DNA of 64,000 bases from Rhina ancylostomus (lineage: Eukaryota). This document shows, piece after piece, positions 49,734-62,814 of the stretch. The translations under genes and the position numbers were made by a program. The stretch spans positions 47,148,742-47,212,741 of the forward strand of contig JARFYF010000094.1 in NCBI GenBank assembly GCA_030265395.1. Reading direction: 5' to 3'. Every line of letters begins with the position of its first letter. The first letter of the stretch is position 1. The notes beneath the pieces were generated by a model. The model searched no databases. It was not told where the DNA came from and saw only the letters and a list, made by a program, of their open reading frames with translations.

Positions 49734-50839
49734 GTAAGTGTTCCTGGTTATACCTTCAAAGCTGGATTGTTCCCAAATGCACGTTTTGAAAAATGTTATG
49801 TGTCAAGTGACGGGTACATACACATTTCCTGATTAATCCTTTGTATTCTATTTTCTACTAAGAAGAGGTCAAATTCTGTCATTTGCCTCAGTTGGACAAG
49901 CTTCTGTTCATTTTTAGGTGCAAGTGGAAGCATTCATTTCAAAAGGTGTGTCATTTCAAAAACAGTATTTGTTGAAGTGTAAGATTTGTTGGGGCTTGGG
50001 GGTGGGAGGAGTGTGGCAGTGGGGAAAGGGTCAAAGATTCAATTTAACACCATGTTAATAAGGGAAGTTAGTAACCGTTTTTTTCCAGACCGAATTAATA
50101 CATAATAGTACTAAAGCAAGGGTTTCCAACACCAACCAGATGTTACCATATTATTTCTTAGATGTCGGATGGAGAGTACACATGTTAGTGATGCTCACAT
50201 AGACTGATTCCCATGAACATGTTTCAGCTAAGCCCAGTTGGTTTCTGCCAACATGGAATTTTCTCATGAACCCCAATTTGACTTTGTTCCCTTTTACAAA
50301 AAGCTGGGCTTCTGCTACTAATCTGTAGCAGAAGTTACTAATCTGTAGCAGATTTTTATTAAATTTGCATAATAATTAAAAGAATATGTTTTATTTCCAT
50401 TAGGTAATCAGATAAAACTGATCATGTCATTTTCTCAATAATTTTATTTCCTCATCTGTCTGTTGCATTCACGTTGCCTTCAAAATCAAATACATCAGCA
50501 TTTTCAGCCTTAATATTTTCACCTTTCATTCCTTTCAGCTGTGCTCCCATCTTATGGGCACATAATTCTGTCTTGCATTTAATCAGTGGGGAAGGGACAT
50601 ATTGTCCTTTGGACGCTTACTGATGTATATGTGGCATTGCATATTCCTACAGTAACTGTTAGCATTTGTGGTGAACTTGACCAAGCCTGCCAAAGTGTAG
50701 GAAGATATGATGTTTAGCTCCATTACTGTCCATGAAACTTGAAAAATAGACAGCTGTTACTGATATGAGGCATTGTCTCAACCATCTGAGCTGATTAACC
50801 AGCTCAAAAACTGCTGGATGACCTGTCCTGGGCCCAGTA

Positions 50840-51460
50840 CATGGATGCAATCACAAGGAAGGCATGCCAGCGTCTTTACTTTCTTAGGAGGTTAAGGAGG
50901 TTCAGCATGTCACCAAACACTCTAACAAACTTCTGTACGGGTACTGATGAAAAAATCCTGACTGGTTACATCATGATCTGGTATGGCAATTCGAATGCAC
51001 AGGAACATAAGAAGCTGTAGAGAGTGTAGTGGACAGCCCAATATATCATGGACACATCCCTCCCCACCATCAGTAGTATCCCATGAAGCACTATCTCAAG
51101 AAGGGAACTTCTTGAATCATCTTTGATGATTCATCATCAAAGATCTCCACCATCTGGGCCATGCCATCTTCATGCAGCTACCATTGGGTCCCACACCACA
51201 GATTCAAGAACAGCTATTTCCATTCAACCATTTGGTTCTTGATCCAACTGGCACAACCCTAATCATTGCAGTTTAGCAACATTATACCCACTTTGATCAC
51301 TATGCACTAAAATGGACTTTGTTACTTTTTGTTCCAATTATGCTCTTTCTTGCAAAAATTGTTTATAATTTATGTGCCCGTGGTGACGCTGCTGCAAGTA
51401 GTTTTTCATTGGACCTGTGCGTACATGTAGTTGTGCATATGATAATAAACTCGACTTTGA
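50840..51460 (+). mobile_element. Rex1/Babar-clade 3' fragment
   Basis: QRLYFLRRLRRFSMSPNTLTNF; TTRFKNSYFHSTIWFL; tail gataataaactcgactttgact. Confidence 0.75.
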
Positions 51461-51519
51461 CTGACATTTAAGGGTCTTCTCAAAAGTTGCTTCAAAGCAG
51501 GGTGAAATCTTGTATGGTG

Positions 51520-51910
51520 GAATTGGAATTGGTTTATTATTGTCTCATACTGAGGTACAATGAAAAACTTGTTCTGCATACTGTTCAAAACCTGTCTTGC
51601 ATACAGAGCAATCCAAAACATGTGTATTAAGGTAGTACAAGGTAAGACAATACAGAATACAGAGTAAAGTGTCACAGCTACAGAGAAACTGCAGTGCAGG
51701 TAGACAATAAGGTGCAAGGTCATAACTAGGTAGATTGACAGGTCAAGAGTCCATCTTATCATACTAAGGAACTGTTCAATAGTCTTATAACAGCAGGACA
51801 GAAGCTATCCTTGAGCCTGGTGGTATGTGCTTTCAGGCTTTTGTATCTTTTGCCTGATGGGATGGGGAATAATGGGGTCTTTGATTATGTTGGCTGCTTT
51901 TCCAAGGCAG
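51520..51910 (-). mobile_element. Rex1/Babar-clade 3' fragment
   Basis: (ggaatt)n ggtttattattgtc tail; same family as 23430-24150. Confidence 0.75.
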
Positions 51911-52424
51911 TGATAAGTTTGTCAGTCCCAGAATTAGTATGGTTATTGGGTTATGTTGCCTGGGGAGTGAGGAACCCCCAAACCAGAATCACTTCTCACC
52001 CATTTATAGGCCTAAAACTTGGTCATATCAGTAATTCTAGATACTGCTTCTATTGAGAAAGAAACTTAACTGAAAATTACCCTGCCATGGAATCTGGTTT
52101 CTCTCCTCTCTCCCTCTTTCTCTACCCGTTCCTGATATTTCTTTTTGTGCCTATTTATTTTTTTTCTCAGGAGTCTAATTTATCTTAGAAGAAAGCTGTG
52201 ACTTGTTTTGCCATTAGATGGTGATATTGTAAGGCAGAATATATGTTCAGTGTTTTCTTAACCTCTTTGTAGAGTGTAAAAATTTAAGCAAGTGAGACAC
52301 GAGAAGCTCAGACAAGATGTGCGTAGTAAAGGTATTCAAGTGACTGGAACTTTCTATGAATATTCTTGCAGCACAAACAGCAGTTAGTCACAAGCAATAC
52401 TCTTAAAGCAATGAAAAACATAAC

Positions 52425-52570
52425 TGTTGCAGATGCTGGAAATTTGAAATAAAACAGAAAATGCAGGAAACCCTCAACATATTAAGCAGCATTGGAGGGA
52501 CAGTTGATTTTTCTCTCCACAAATGTGCCAGTCCTGCTCAATGTTTACAGCATGTTCTGTTTCTATTAAA
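52425..52570. mobile_element. Short foldback Penelope-like remnant
   Basis: gcagatgctggaaatttgaaataaaacagaaaatgc...cagcatgttctgtttctatt inverted arms. Confidence 0.55.
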
Positions 52571-53396
52571 GCAGTGAATATTGCTCTCAATAAATAGTAA
52601 ATATACTGCAACAGTTAAGAACCAGCATACTAAGGAACTATTGTAGGGAGTTGGCCCAGAGGTATTTGAGGCAATTGGTTATAGCCTCCAATTTGCACAT
52701 GCACAACTCCATTGCCCTGATGCACATACAGATCCATCATGTCATTAGGTGAGTACATGCAGTTTCCTGAGCCCAAGTGTACATGACCCAAGTGAAGCCT
52801 GCAGCCTTACAAGCCCTGAGTCAGGTGCATACATGCAAGTCTGTGATTAGGTGAATGGGCATCATGGAGACACAGTGATATTGATAAAATACTAGAGATT
52901 CCAGATCATACCCAGAGAGTTCTCAAATATATATAAATACCATTTCTCAGGGAAGAGCTGTCAGGCTGCTCAAGTAGTCTGACTGCATGGTTTTAGCATT
53001 GCTGGTGTGTATGTTCCTTTCTCCACCCACCAAGGAATGTCCACAGACCAGGAATTAATTTCCTGATGGTGACTTTTAAACAAGTTAACCCATTTTTTTA
53101 ACACTAAAATGACTAGACATCTAGTGGTTCAATCAACCTGAGTCACTCAAATTAAAATATTTCCATGTCAGATCAACTTGCTGTTGAGTTTTAACACTCT
53201 GATTTATTGACAGTCATACATCGTGTGTGAGCTAACCTGCAACATCAATGTGGTAAATAACTCATCAAAATGACCCGTAAATTGATTTCGCAATATGTGT
53301 TTTATAAAAATATAACATCTGAANNNTGCATGATCTTTTATAGGATCCTTTGTGTAAGTAATTTTTGTAAACGTTTGCTGTGTTTTCATCCCCCAG

Positions 53397-53568
53397 TCCA
53401 ATTGGGGAAGTGTTCAGGGCCCGATTGCGCCAGTTTCCATCTCTCGTAACATGCAGTACCATTGACTGGTTTAATGAATGGCCAACTGAAGCTCTCCAGT
53501 CTGTTGCTAATGCCTACCTAGAGGAAATGCCAGAGCTTGATGCAAGTCCAGACATCATGAAGGCACTG
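53397..53568 (+). CDS. DNAH1: DNAH1 exon 14 of window
   Basis: cccag|TCCA...GCACTG|gtaagg; PIGEVFRARLRQFPSLVTCSTIDWFNEWPTEAL...MKAL; 172 nt, phase 2/0. Confidence 0.96.
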
Positions 53569-53661
53569 GTAAGGCTTCAAGTGTTACAATCTTCGGATTC
53601 ACTCTGTAACTTGCATTGTTTCTGCATGCAAAACATACCTTTCTTTGTTGTTTCTCTCTAG

Positions 53662-53853
53662 GTTCAGATGTGTGTCTCTATTCACCAAACAGTTGCAAAA
53701 AAGTCCTTGCAGTATATGCGTGAGCTTTCCAGACACAATTACATCACACCTAAGAGCTACCTAGACTTGCTCAGCCTCTTCTCTGTACTGATTGGTATAA
53801 AGATACAAATGCTGACAACAGACAAAAACAGGATGAAAGGTGGTCTAGACAAG
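53662..53853 (+). CDS. DNAH1: DNAH1 exon 15 of window (AAA4 end/start of stalk)
   Basis: tctag|GTT...GACAAG|gtgaag; VQMCVSIHQ...RHNYITPKSYLDLL...RMKGGLDK; 192 nt; preceded by a 93-nt intron. Confidence 0.96.
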
Positions 53854-54469
53854 GTGAAGTACTCAATGTTGTACATGCTACTGTGTCAAACTAAAAATCC
53901 AACATTAAGCTTGTTGGGTGTAGTAGTGTTTTTGTCATGAAGAGCAGGGAGATTCTAGGTTTTATTATTGGGCTCAGATAGATAATAGTCAGATGTGCAT
54001 TAAGAATGCTTACAAGAATAACGTGGTACAGTGACTGGCTGAGAACCTTTTGTGACTGGTAGATCCTTGGCCAAAGAACTGGAGATGCATTCTTCCTTTC
54101 TTCTCCCATCACCCCCCTTGCCATCCTCCCAAGATGTTGCCCTGCAACTGAGACCAAAGGTTAGTACATATGGTTTCACACACAGCTGTGGCCCCGAGAA
54201 ACTTCCGTCTTATTACCACATCAAAAGGCCAGTTAGTGGCTCTGGCTTTCCCAGTTTATGTAAAGTTTTAATTTCCATGTTGCATGAGGCAAGTTCTGTT
54301 CACATAATGAGGTAAATTCATCTGTAATACAAGTTTTGACAGACTTGGATGCTTGTAAGAAAAGATAGATTGTGCAGTGCTCTACTTGATTACACACAAA
54401 ATATTTCAGAACTGAGTATCCTATTGGCTGTCATCTTCTAACAAGACAGAAGATCATAATATTTTAGGT

Positions 54470-55520
54470 ACAGTCAACATGATTCTATGAAGAAGATAGG
54501 GCATTTGACTAATTTGTGAGCATTCTTTAGGATGTAACAAGCAGTTTGATAACATAGAACCAGTAGATATATAGTAGTATATTTGGATTTACAAAAAGCA
54601 TAAAGTGCCATGTACAGTATGCAAGATGAGGGTTTAGCATTGAAGGTAATGTTTTAGCATAGATAGAGGATTGCTTAACTGACAGAAAACAGAATTATTG
54701 AGGGAGTGTGCATTTATGGATTTCAATAGAAAGAATAGAAAATCAGACAATTATTTAAATGAGATGAAAATATCAATGTCACTGTTAATGTTTATCAGTT
54801 ATCAAAATCAGTATACGGATACATCAGGTAATTAGGAAGGCATATGGGATAATGGTCTTTATTGCAAGAGGGATAGAGCACAACTAAGACTACCCCGGAG
54901 CACTATATATAGTTTTAGTCTCCTTATTTAAAGGAAAAGTATGTTTGTCTTTGAGCTAGTTCACTAGATTAATTTCTGGGATAAGGTGGTTGTCTTAGAG
55001 CAACAATTGAGCAATTAGGTCTATACTATCTAGAGTTTAGAGGAGTGAGGGGTGATCACATTTGGGCACAAGATTCTGGCAGCATGCAATGCTTTTTTTT
55101 AAACAAGACTGTGTGTACAATTCTGAGTATCTTGACTGTGTCAATAAAGAAAACATTCAAATCTCCTTTGTGCTCTAGAGTTAATCACAAATATAAAACT
55201 AAAACCATCAGACTTAGCGGGGGCTTGACAGGAAGCTGCTGTGAGGATTTTCCACCCAGTGAGGGAATCTGGAATTAGTGGGTGAGGTCTTCAGATACAT
55301 TTTGGCCACATACGAAAGGAGGGAAAACTTCATTTCAAGGAGGGTTGTGAATCTTTAGAATTCTTACCTCAGAAAGCCTATGCCATTAAGAAGAAAGAGG
55401 TAGACAGGAATTAAGAGAGACCAATTGTGAGATCAATTGAAGCCAAACATTAGACCAGTCATAGTCTTATTGAATGGCAGATCAGATTCAAGGGATCACT
55501 TTGTCCTATTCCTTATGTTC
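54470..55520 (+). mobile_element. Decayed CR1 RT/3' fragment
   Basis: cagtcaacatgatt (SQH), gtatatttggatttacaaaaagca (VYLDLQKA), tail cttattgaatggcaga. Confidence 0.7.
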
Positions 55521-55609
55521 TGAAGAACTAAACAGTGACAATTTGTCAGTGTATGCAATGCTGAATATCTTTCAGTGAAATTTCTCCTGCATTTTATTTT
55601 CTGATGTAG

Positions 55610-55720
55610 CTGTTGCGCACCGCAGAAGATGTGGCTAAAATGCAGGAAGAGTTGGAATCAATGAGACCCCTTCTGGAGGAGGCAGCACATGATACTGCAA
55701 CAACTATGGAAAAAATAAAG
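55610..55720 (+). CDS. DNAH1: DNAH1 exon 16 of window (stalk CC1)
   Basis: tgtag|CTG...ATAAAG|gtacaa; LLRTAEDVAKMQEELESMRPLLEEAAHDTATTMEKIK; 111 nt; absent from the ORF track. Confidence 0.95.
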
Positions 55721-57829
55721 GTACAAGAAATTTAATGGTCATGTTGCTGTCATCTAAAGATAGAATACTAAATATTGACCCCTGCAAGTAAAAATGCTGA
55801 CAAAAGATTTATTACCAGAAATGTTAATATGAACATGTAGGAAGTTTCCAGGCAGGAAAAGACAAGATAGTAAATCAAACCTGTCACAACAAAATTGGCT
55901 AGAGTAGCATGACTGAATATATTTTCCATTCACCTCCTTAGCTTGCACCAGGTAATCTTTGAAAAGACCTAAAATAAAAGAAACATCCAGGCCTAGAAAT
56001 TCTGAAATGCCTTGCAAAGCATGTTAATTTGGTGCTGATGCCCAAATGTTTGATCAAAGGTCTGTACTGAACAAGACCCAAGGAGTCACATGTTATAGGT
56101 CAGGCTTTGCAAGCTGTGTGCTAAAAGGTTGTCGCAAGTTCCGCTAATGTGGAACACACTAAAGAAAACAGGCTTGGGTCAGGATTCAAATCACAATGGG
56201 GGTAATGGGGTAGGGGCAGGGCAAGAGATAGTGGGGAGTTCGGGGTAACGAGAACCTTGCTATGGGTCATCAGGGAGGGTCGAACTCTCAATTGTGGGAT
56301 GGCAGATGTTGGCTTTGTAATTGGGAGCTGGAGAGGTGGGTTGAGTTTGAAATTAGGGAGACAAAGGTGAAACTAAAAACTGAGGGAAGGTCAGTCTGTG
56401 ATCAGGAGCTGAGGGTCATGACAAGGGTTGGAAGGTAAGTATGAAACTTACAGGATCCGTTAGAGTGAGTTCCTACCATCAGACCAAACAGTCTTGGATC
56501 TGCTCAGGAATTCCCCATCTCATAACACTGAAGAAGACTTTGCATATATTATCAATGCTGGTTCTGCATAAATGCTCTGCAATCATGAAAGCTTGACACA
56601 AAATCACAGAAATGGTGTCCAACAAATGCACGTAAAACTCAGAAACGGAATAGCAGACTTCATGATCCATGTGTTAAGCCTTATTTCTTTCAACAAAACA
56701 AGTTTTTGTTAAAACTCAATGATGTAGCACATAAAAAGATTATGCTATGTAATAAAACATTCTAGTCCCCAGTATCAAAAAGGAAAACAATGGTCTGGAA
56801 ACTATTTCCTTAACTCCCTCAGTTGATCAAATCCAACATACTTCAAGTGTGAGAATACTTATCTTGAAGCAGTGTTTATACCAATTAACATGTGGTTCAG
56901 TTCTGCCTAAGAGAATAAAATCCACTTTCATCTTTCTGCATATTTACATAATTTATTACATGTGGGGTTTGTTTAATTTTTAATTTACTCTCTACACTGT
57001 TAGTTGTGGAAGCTATTGCCAAGCACCATAATAATGCAGAATAAATTGACAAGAATATTTATCACCAGTGAGTGCAACTGGACCAATTCCACACGCTGAG
57101 CTGAGTGTCCTTTATGGAAAACTGCCAGCAGCTCCATGGATCATCAGATTATCCTTTTCACCTACAATATGATTGAGTTCAAATGAAAAGTTTGGATACA
57201 GTTTCACAGGGTCTGACTCCAGTGCTTACAAGCAGAGTAGTAAATAATACATTATATCTTTATACCTTGGGCATGCTAAGAGTAATATCAGTTAATCAGC
57301 TAATCGGAAGAATAGAGGGACAAATATTGGGNNNNNNNNNNCAGTCTACCAGCTTTCTGCCGCTTCAATTTTTGGACAAAGTTTAATTCCAAAGAATGGA
57401 ATATAAACTTCTGTTTATCCAAACTCTGTTGCTCCTTTCCTATCCCTGATCCAATGTTGTCCACGTCGCCAAGAACAAGCAGTAAGTCAGCTGGTGACCA
57501 ATTTCATTATGTATGTAGACATCCTGAGCTGCATTCAGGGAAAGCTAAAAATGGTTTGGAATTTTGTAACAACGGTTTGTTTTTGTAAGTGCTGCAAAAA
57601 TGTTATTTCTTCACTTGTTGCCATTGCAAATCTCTTCTTTTGGGTGTGGCTGCAGGGAGCTGAAGCTTGACCATGAAAACAGCACACATTTATTTGTGAT
57701 ATCTGGGGGCAGACACAGGTCATGTTCATACATTCACTGCTTGTGTGATTTTCAAAGCACAGGAAAACCACCCCAATAGTAATCAAATGGAAAGTCATGT
57801 GCCATGAAGAAAAGGCAGGATGCTATTGT

Positions 57830-58395
57830 GTTGGTGAAATGGGCTGAGAAATGGCAGATGGAGTTTAATCCAGGTTAGGTGATGTCTTTTGGCAGTACTA
57901 AGGAAGCTAGGGCATACACCATGAAAGGTAAGATCTCAAGGAATGTTGAGGAGTAGAGGGACCTTAATGTGCAAGTCCAAAGATCCTTGAAGGTAGATAA
58001 TGTGATTAAGAAGGCATATAGGATATGGCCTTCATTCATTGGGGCACAAGTACAAGAGCAGGGAGGTTATGCATCAGTTTTATAGAACATTTGTCAGACA
58101 TCAGCTGGAGTACTGCATGCAGTTCTGGTTACCACTCTATAGAAGAGATGTGAAAATGCTGGAGAGGGTGCAGAGGAGATTCAGAATGTTGACTGGGATA
58201 GAGTATTTCAGTTATGAGGAGAAACTAGAGAGGCTAGATCTGTTTTTCCTGGAGCAGAGAAGGTTAAGAAGGGACATGACTGAGGTATTTAAAATTATGG
58301 CAGTAGACTGAAGAAAACATTTCCCCGCATCAGAGGTGAATAAAACTAGAGGACATAGATTTATGGTTAGAGGTAAGGGACTTATTTTTCACATT
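57830..58395 (+). mobile_element. CR1 RT C-terminal fragment
   Basis: WAEKWQMEFN; YKSREVMHQFYRTFVRHQLEYCMQFWLPLYRRDV. Confidence 0.85.
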
Positions 58396-58580
58396 GCATA
58401 ATATGGAAGAAAACAGGTTTAATTAAATATTACATAGGTTGCACACAGTGCCACTTTGAGAAATGTTATTGTTTCTTGAGAGGAACGGCAAGTTGCAGGT
58501 AAGACCTTGACCTGATAACATTAAGGACTTGTAAAAGTTTGTCTACATGTGCAGTTCCTAATACACCATCTATATTTCAG

Positions 58581-58766
58581 GCTGATACCACCATTGCAGA
58601 GGAGACCCGCAAAGCTGTTAGTGAAGAGGAAGCAAAGGCCTCAGAAAAGGCAAATATAGCCCAAGCAATTGCTGATGATGCTCAAAAGGATTTGGATGAG
58701 GCATTGCCTGCTCTAGATGCAGCTTTGGCCAGCCTAAAATCCCTCAATAAAAATGATGTAACTGAG
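58581..58766 (+). CDS. DNAH1: DNAH1 exon 17 of window (stalk CC1 to MTBD)
   Basis: ttcag|GCT...ACTGAG|gtgagt; ADTTIAEETR...AQKDLDEALPALDAALASLKSLNKNDVTE; 186 nt. Confidence 0.96.
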
Positions 58767-59814
58767 GTGAGTCCCAATTTAGCTTTCAAATTATTTCTAA
58801 TTATCCACGTAGTTTTTAAGGATCACAAATCTTGTCACATGAAGCAAATTGACCTTCAATAATGCTCTTTTTTTAAAATAAATTCCCCTTTCTCACATTT
58901 TATTCATGGTTACTTCTAACCAGCAGTACCTATACCATTGTAAGAAAGTGACACTTACCATCACATTTTTCCTCCCAGTGGAAGCACATTTTTAATATTG
59001 AGATGAGGGAAGAGGACACAGGACTATCAATGATGCTACTGTTTAAAACTCCCTTTCTTGGTAACTTGATTACAAGTTGTAAAACATGGACATTTTCTGC
59101 CTGAATACTTAAGAAAAATTACATAAGTAATCTATTTAGAATATGATCTTCCTTGGAGTTATTCTACAAATTCAAGTTCCTTCTCCTTTGCCAATTTGAT
59201 AAGATATTAATGCACTCATAATACATCTGGCCTCTCAGAGTATGATAGATTTATGCTCTAGAACACTGTAGACATTCCTAATCTGGGATAGTTGCTGACT
59301 TCATAACTTTTTATTTTGCTTAAGTATTATCCTCCATATGTATATCTTAGGATGGCAGAACAGGTGGTTAGATACCCACCTGTTCTACTCAAAGGACCTT
59401 GGGGATGTATTTCATTGATTTGACTGGCTGGTTTTGTATTGGTTGCAGATTGTCACTAGCTGTATTTCAGTGATACAGTTTATTTACTTACAGTGATTCA
59501 TGATATATTATCCTTTTAGTTCAGTTGTCACATTGACATTCAGCATAGCTACAGATGTTTCCCATGTTCGGCATGGAGTCTTATTGCAGGCTTTAACAGT
59601 TGCTAAACCTAAATATATTGATAAAAATGAATGTATACAGAAAATAGATATAATTATACATAAAAAAATGAGGGATATTTGCCAAGCAAAAGGAATTAGA
59701 TGGCACATACTAGAATGGCGTAGTTTCTATGAAGTATATTCACATTGGCATAATTAGGCTTAATTATTTAAAATAAACTATTATTCAAAAATATAAGAAA
59801 GGTTATATTAAGTG

Positions 59815-59990
59815 ATAGTAATGTAGCATCAATTTCAAGAGATTGTTAGATAAGCATATGGAGGAATTTAAGATAGAGGGATATGTGGGAGGAAGGGGTT
59901 AGATAGTCTTAGGTGTGGTTTGAAGGGCGGCACAACATGGTGGGCTGAAGCGCCTGTATTGTGCTGTATTGTTCTATGGTTATATGGTTC
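59815..59990 (+). mobile_element. Young CR1 3' end
   Basis: gattgttagataagcatatggagg...tgggctgaagcgcctgtattgtgctgtattgttctatggttatatggttcta. Confidence 0.75.
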
Positions 59991-60769
59991 TACCTTTCAG
60001 TGAATTTTTTATAATAAACCTTCCCCCATCATCTAATCTGGAGATTAGTCTGTTAAAAATATCCCCTATTTATAAGTGTAAGACCTTGCAGACAATTGCT
60101 CCACTCACAGAGTTACAACTACTAATCTCTTTTCTTACAAGTTTGATGGCACCTTTCTAAAACTTGTTCTCTTTGGAACACCTAAAAGCAGGCTTTACAG
60201 ATTGTACACAGTTTCCCAGACATTTTTTTACATATTCAAAATAACTTTAATTTATTGCTTTGTATGTCATTAATAATGTGAAATTGTATCATTGTGACTC
60301 AGAACAAATGATAAATTTATACCATGTTATTGATGTTGTTCTGGTTACTTATTGAAGGATTGAATGTAATTACTTGGAATTAAATCCAGCCTGGAATGAT
60401 TTATCAAAACCCCATGACTGCCTGCCAGCTGAAGTCATCTCAATTCAGTTTTTTTTGGGAAAAAGTCTATAGTTTTTTTGAAAAAGCAATTACTATCAAT
60501 CTCACTCAATTTGTTTACACTGCTGTGGAAATTGGAAAAACATAATACTGCAATGGGACGGTCAGATTTGAAATGAGAGATATGGAAAATTATAGAGTCA
60601 AGACAGGTTCACTCTGCATCTGTTATTCATATAGTTGGCATTAGAATACAAAGCATTACATTTCCAAACACTTTCATCCTTCATCTTCATGAAAACACCA
60701 AATAAATTGGTGATGTGGTTTTAATAAATCTGGCAAGTGAAAATAATTTTATTTGTACTCTGCATATAG

Positions 60770-60961
60770 GTACGAGGCATGCAACGCCCACCCCTTGGTG
60801 TGAAGTTGGTGATGGAAGCAGTGTGTATTATGAAGGGAATTAAACCAAAAAAAATTGCAGGAGAAAGACCAGGGAGTAAAATTGATGACTATTGGGAACC
60901 AGGAAAAGGACTTTTACAGGATCCAGCCAAATTCCTGGACAGCTTGTTTAAATATGACAAG
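60770..60961 (+). CDS. DNAH1: DNAH1 exon 18 of window (microtubule-binding domain)
   Basis: tatag|GTA...GACAAG|gtattg; VRGMQRPPLGVKLVMEAVCIMKGIKPKK...DDYWEPGKGLLQDPAKFLDSLFKYDK; 192 nt. Confidence 0.96.
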
Positions 60962-61069
60962 GTATTGTTTTGTCTAAAACTCATTGCAGTTAATTTTGTT
61001 GCCTTTCTCGCAAGTTTGGCTTAACATCAGTTAGAAAAAAAATTAAGCTTGAAATTCCACTGTTCTTAA

Positions 61070-61770
61070 ATTCATGCAAAGTCTGTTGCTGCATTGGAAA
61101 TCCAAGCAATCAATGACAGCTTCAAAGCCTTCCAGGATTCGCGCTCTCTGCATGAAGATGTTTTTTGCCTCATTTTAATCCTAAATATCGCACCCCTTAT
61201 TTTGAAAATGTAACCCCTGGTTCTAGATTTCCCAACAAGGGGACATATCCACCCTATTTGAGCACTCTAAGAATTTTGTATATTTCAGTAAGGTCACCTC
61301 TCATCTTTTAAACTCTGGAAAATAGGAGTCCCAGCTGACTAATATCATATGTTCTTCCAGCCATCCCAGAGACTACTCTGAATCTTTGCCTCACTCCCTT
61401 TTTGGGTGTGGAGGGACCAAAGTTGTCTCACCATGGCCCTATATAATTTTAATAAGGCTCTTGCACTAAAGGCCATTATATCATTTGCCTTCCTAAATGC
61501 TTGCTGTAACTGAATGTTAGCTTTCAGTGATTTGAGTACAAGGGCACCCAGGTCCCTTTGAACATTTGGTAGGCTCTCAGCATTTCTGTTGCTTCTGCCA
61601 AAGTGCATAACCTGATATTTTCCCACATTATATTCCATCCGCCATATTGTTGCCCATGCATGCAGATTGCCTATATCCCCTTGAAGCCTGTTTGCAGTGT
61701 AATCACTATTCACATCCCCGCTTAGTTTTTTATCAAGCACAAACTTTGAAAGATTACATTTGATCCTGTA
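61070..61770 (-). mobile_element. CR1 RT/3' fragment
   Basis: RLQGDIGNLHAWATIWRMEYNVGKYQVMHFGRSN...QRDLGALV. Confidence 0.85.
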
Positions 61771-62029
61771 ATAACAGGACAGCAATATATTTCCTAAACA
61801 GGGTGATGTGCAACTTTGAGGGGACCATAAAAGATGGTGATGTTTCCAGTACCTTTTGCACTTGTTCTTCTAGGTGGTAGAGATGGGTTTGGGAAGTGGT
61901 GTTGGAGGTGAGTAACTGCAGTACATTTTGTAGATAGTACTACAGCATACACTGTAGCATTTTGCTCTGGTAGTGAAGGATGCAATTTCTAATTTCTACT
62001 TCCAGCCTTGTTTCTCTCCATCTTGACAC

Positions 62030-62600
62030 TCCTCTCAGGTTCTTAAATCCCCACCCAAGCTGGTTTAAACCCTCCCCAAAATTATTGGCCAACCCCCCCC
62101 CCCCATGAGGATAATGGTCCCAGTCCTGTTGAGGTGTAATCTATATGACTGATACAGGTCTCTCCTGTCCTAGGAATGGTTCAAAAATCTACTGCCTTTC
62201 CTCCTCCACCATCTTTCCAGTGACTCATTCATATTCTCTGTCCTTTTTCTGTACTTGTTAACAGGTGGCACTGGGAGTAGGCCTGGAACCACCACCACTG
62301 AGGCCCTACTTTATAAGCTCTTCCTTAAAAATCTGCTTGCAGAACCTCACCCTCTTTCTACCTATGTCATTGGTACCAATGTGCACAACAACTCTTGGTT
62401 CTACAGAATGCTCTGAAGCTGCTCAATTACATCCTTGACCCTTGCCTCAAGGAGGCATTGTACCATCTTGATGTCTACTCCACTCCCTATTGCAATTAAT
62501 TCAATCCTGAACAGCTGAGCCACTTGGGGTGCCGTGCTCCTAGGTTTGGCTGCACTCCCCTGAAGAACCATTGCCCTTCACCAATATCCAAGAGTGGATA
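62030..62600 (-). mobile_element. CR1 ORF1 (esterase/SGNH) fragment
   Basis: cctatgtcattggtaccaatgtgcac reads VHIGTNDIG on the minus strand; homologous to 47500-47960. Confidence 0.7.
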
Positions 62601-62814
62601 CTTTAGTGATCAAAATGGNNNNNNNNNNNNNNNNNNNNNNNNNNNNNNNNNNNNNNNNNNNNNNNNNNNNNNNNNNNNNNNNNNNNNNNNNNNNNNNNNN
62701 NNNNNNNNNNNNNNNNNNCTTTAGTGATCAAAATGGATGTCTGCTGCTCCTAGTCTCCCTCCTGCTCATCTGTTCCATTCATATTTGCATGTTCTTAAGC
62801 TGAACACTCTTAAG

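Larger units (their letters stand above)
358..60961 (+). other. DNAH1: Axonemal dynein heavy chain 1 gene, internal portion (18 coding exons; gene extends beyond both window ends)
   Basis: The 18 exons splice in frame (3015 nt, 1005 aa, no stops). The peptide follows recalled human DNAH1 colinearly from [32 protein letters not shown] through SARTSANQTQDFIDSKLDKRRKG and [23 protein letters not shown] to DDYWEPGKGLLQDP. Confidence 0.95.

Noticed and set aside
52690-52870. Loosely recurring tacatg/gcatac/cccaagtg motifs
   Set aside because: No consistent period or unit could be defined by eye.
57617-57630. GTTGCCATTGCAAA resembling an RFX X-box in a ciliary gene
   Set aside because: Two mismatches in the 3' half-site and deep intronic; expected by chance in 64 kb.
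62600-62737. CTTTAGTGATCAAAATGG on both sides of an N gap (similarly ATAGTCA around 12510)
   Set aside because: Cannot distinguish a TSD from an assembly overlap without the gap sequence.
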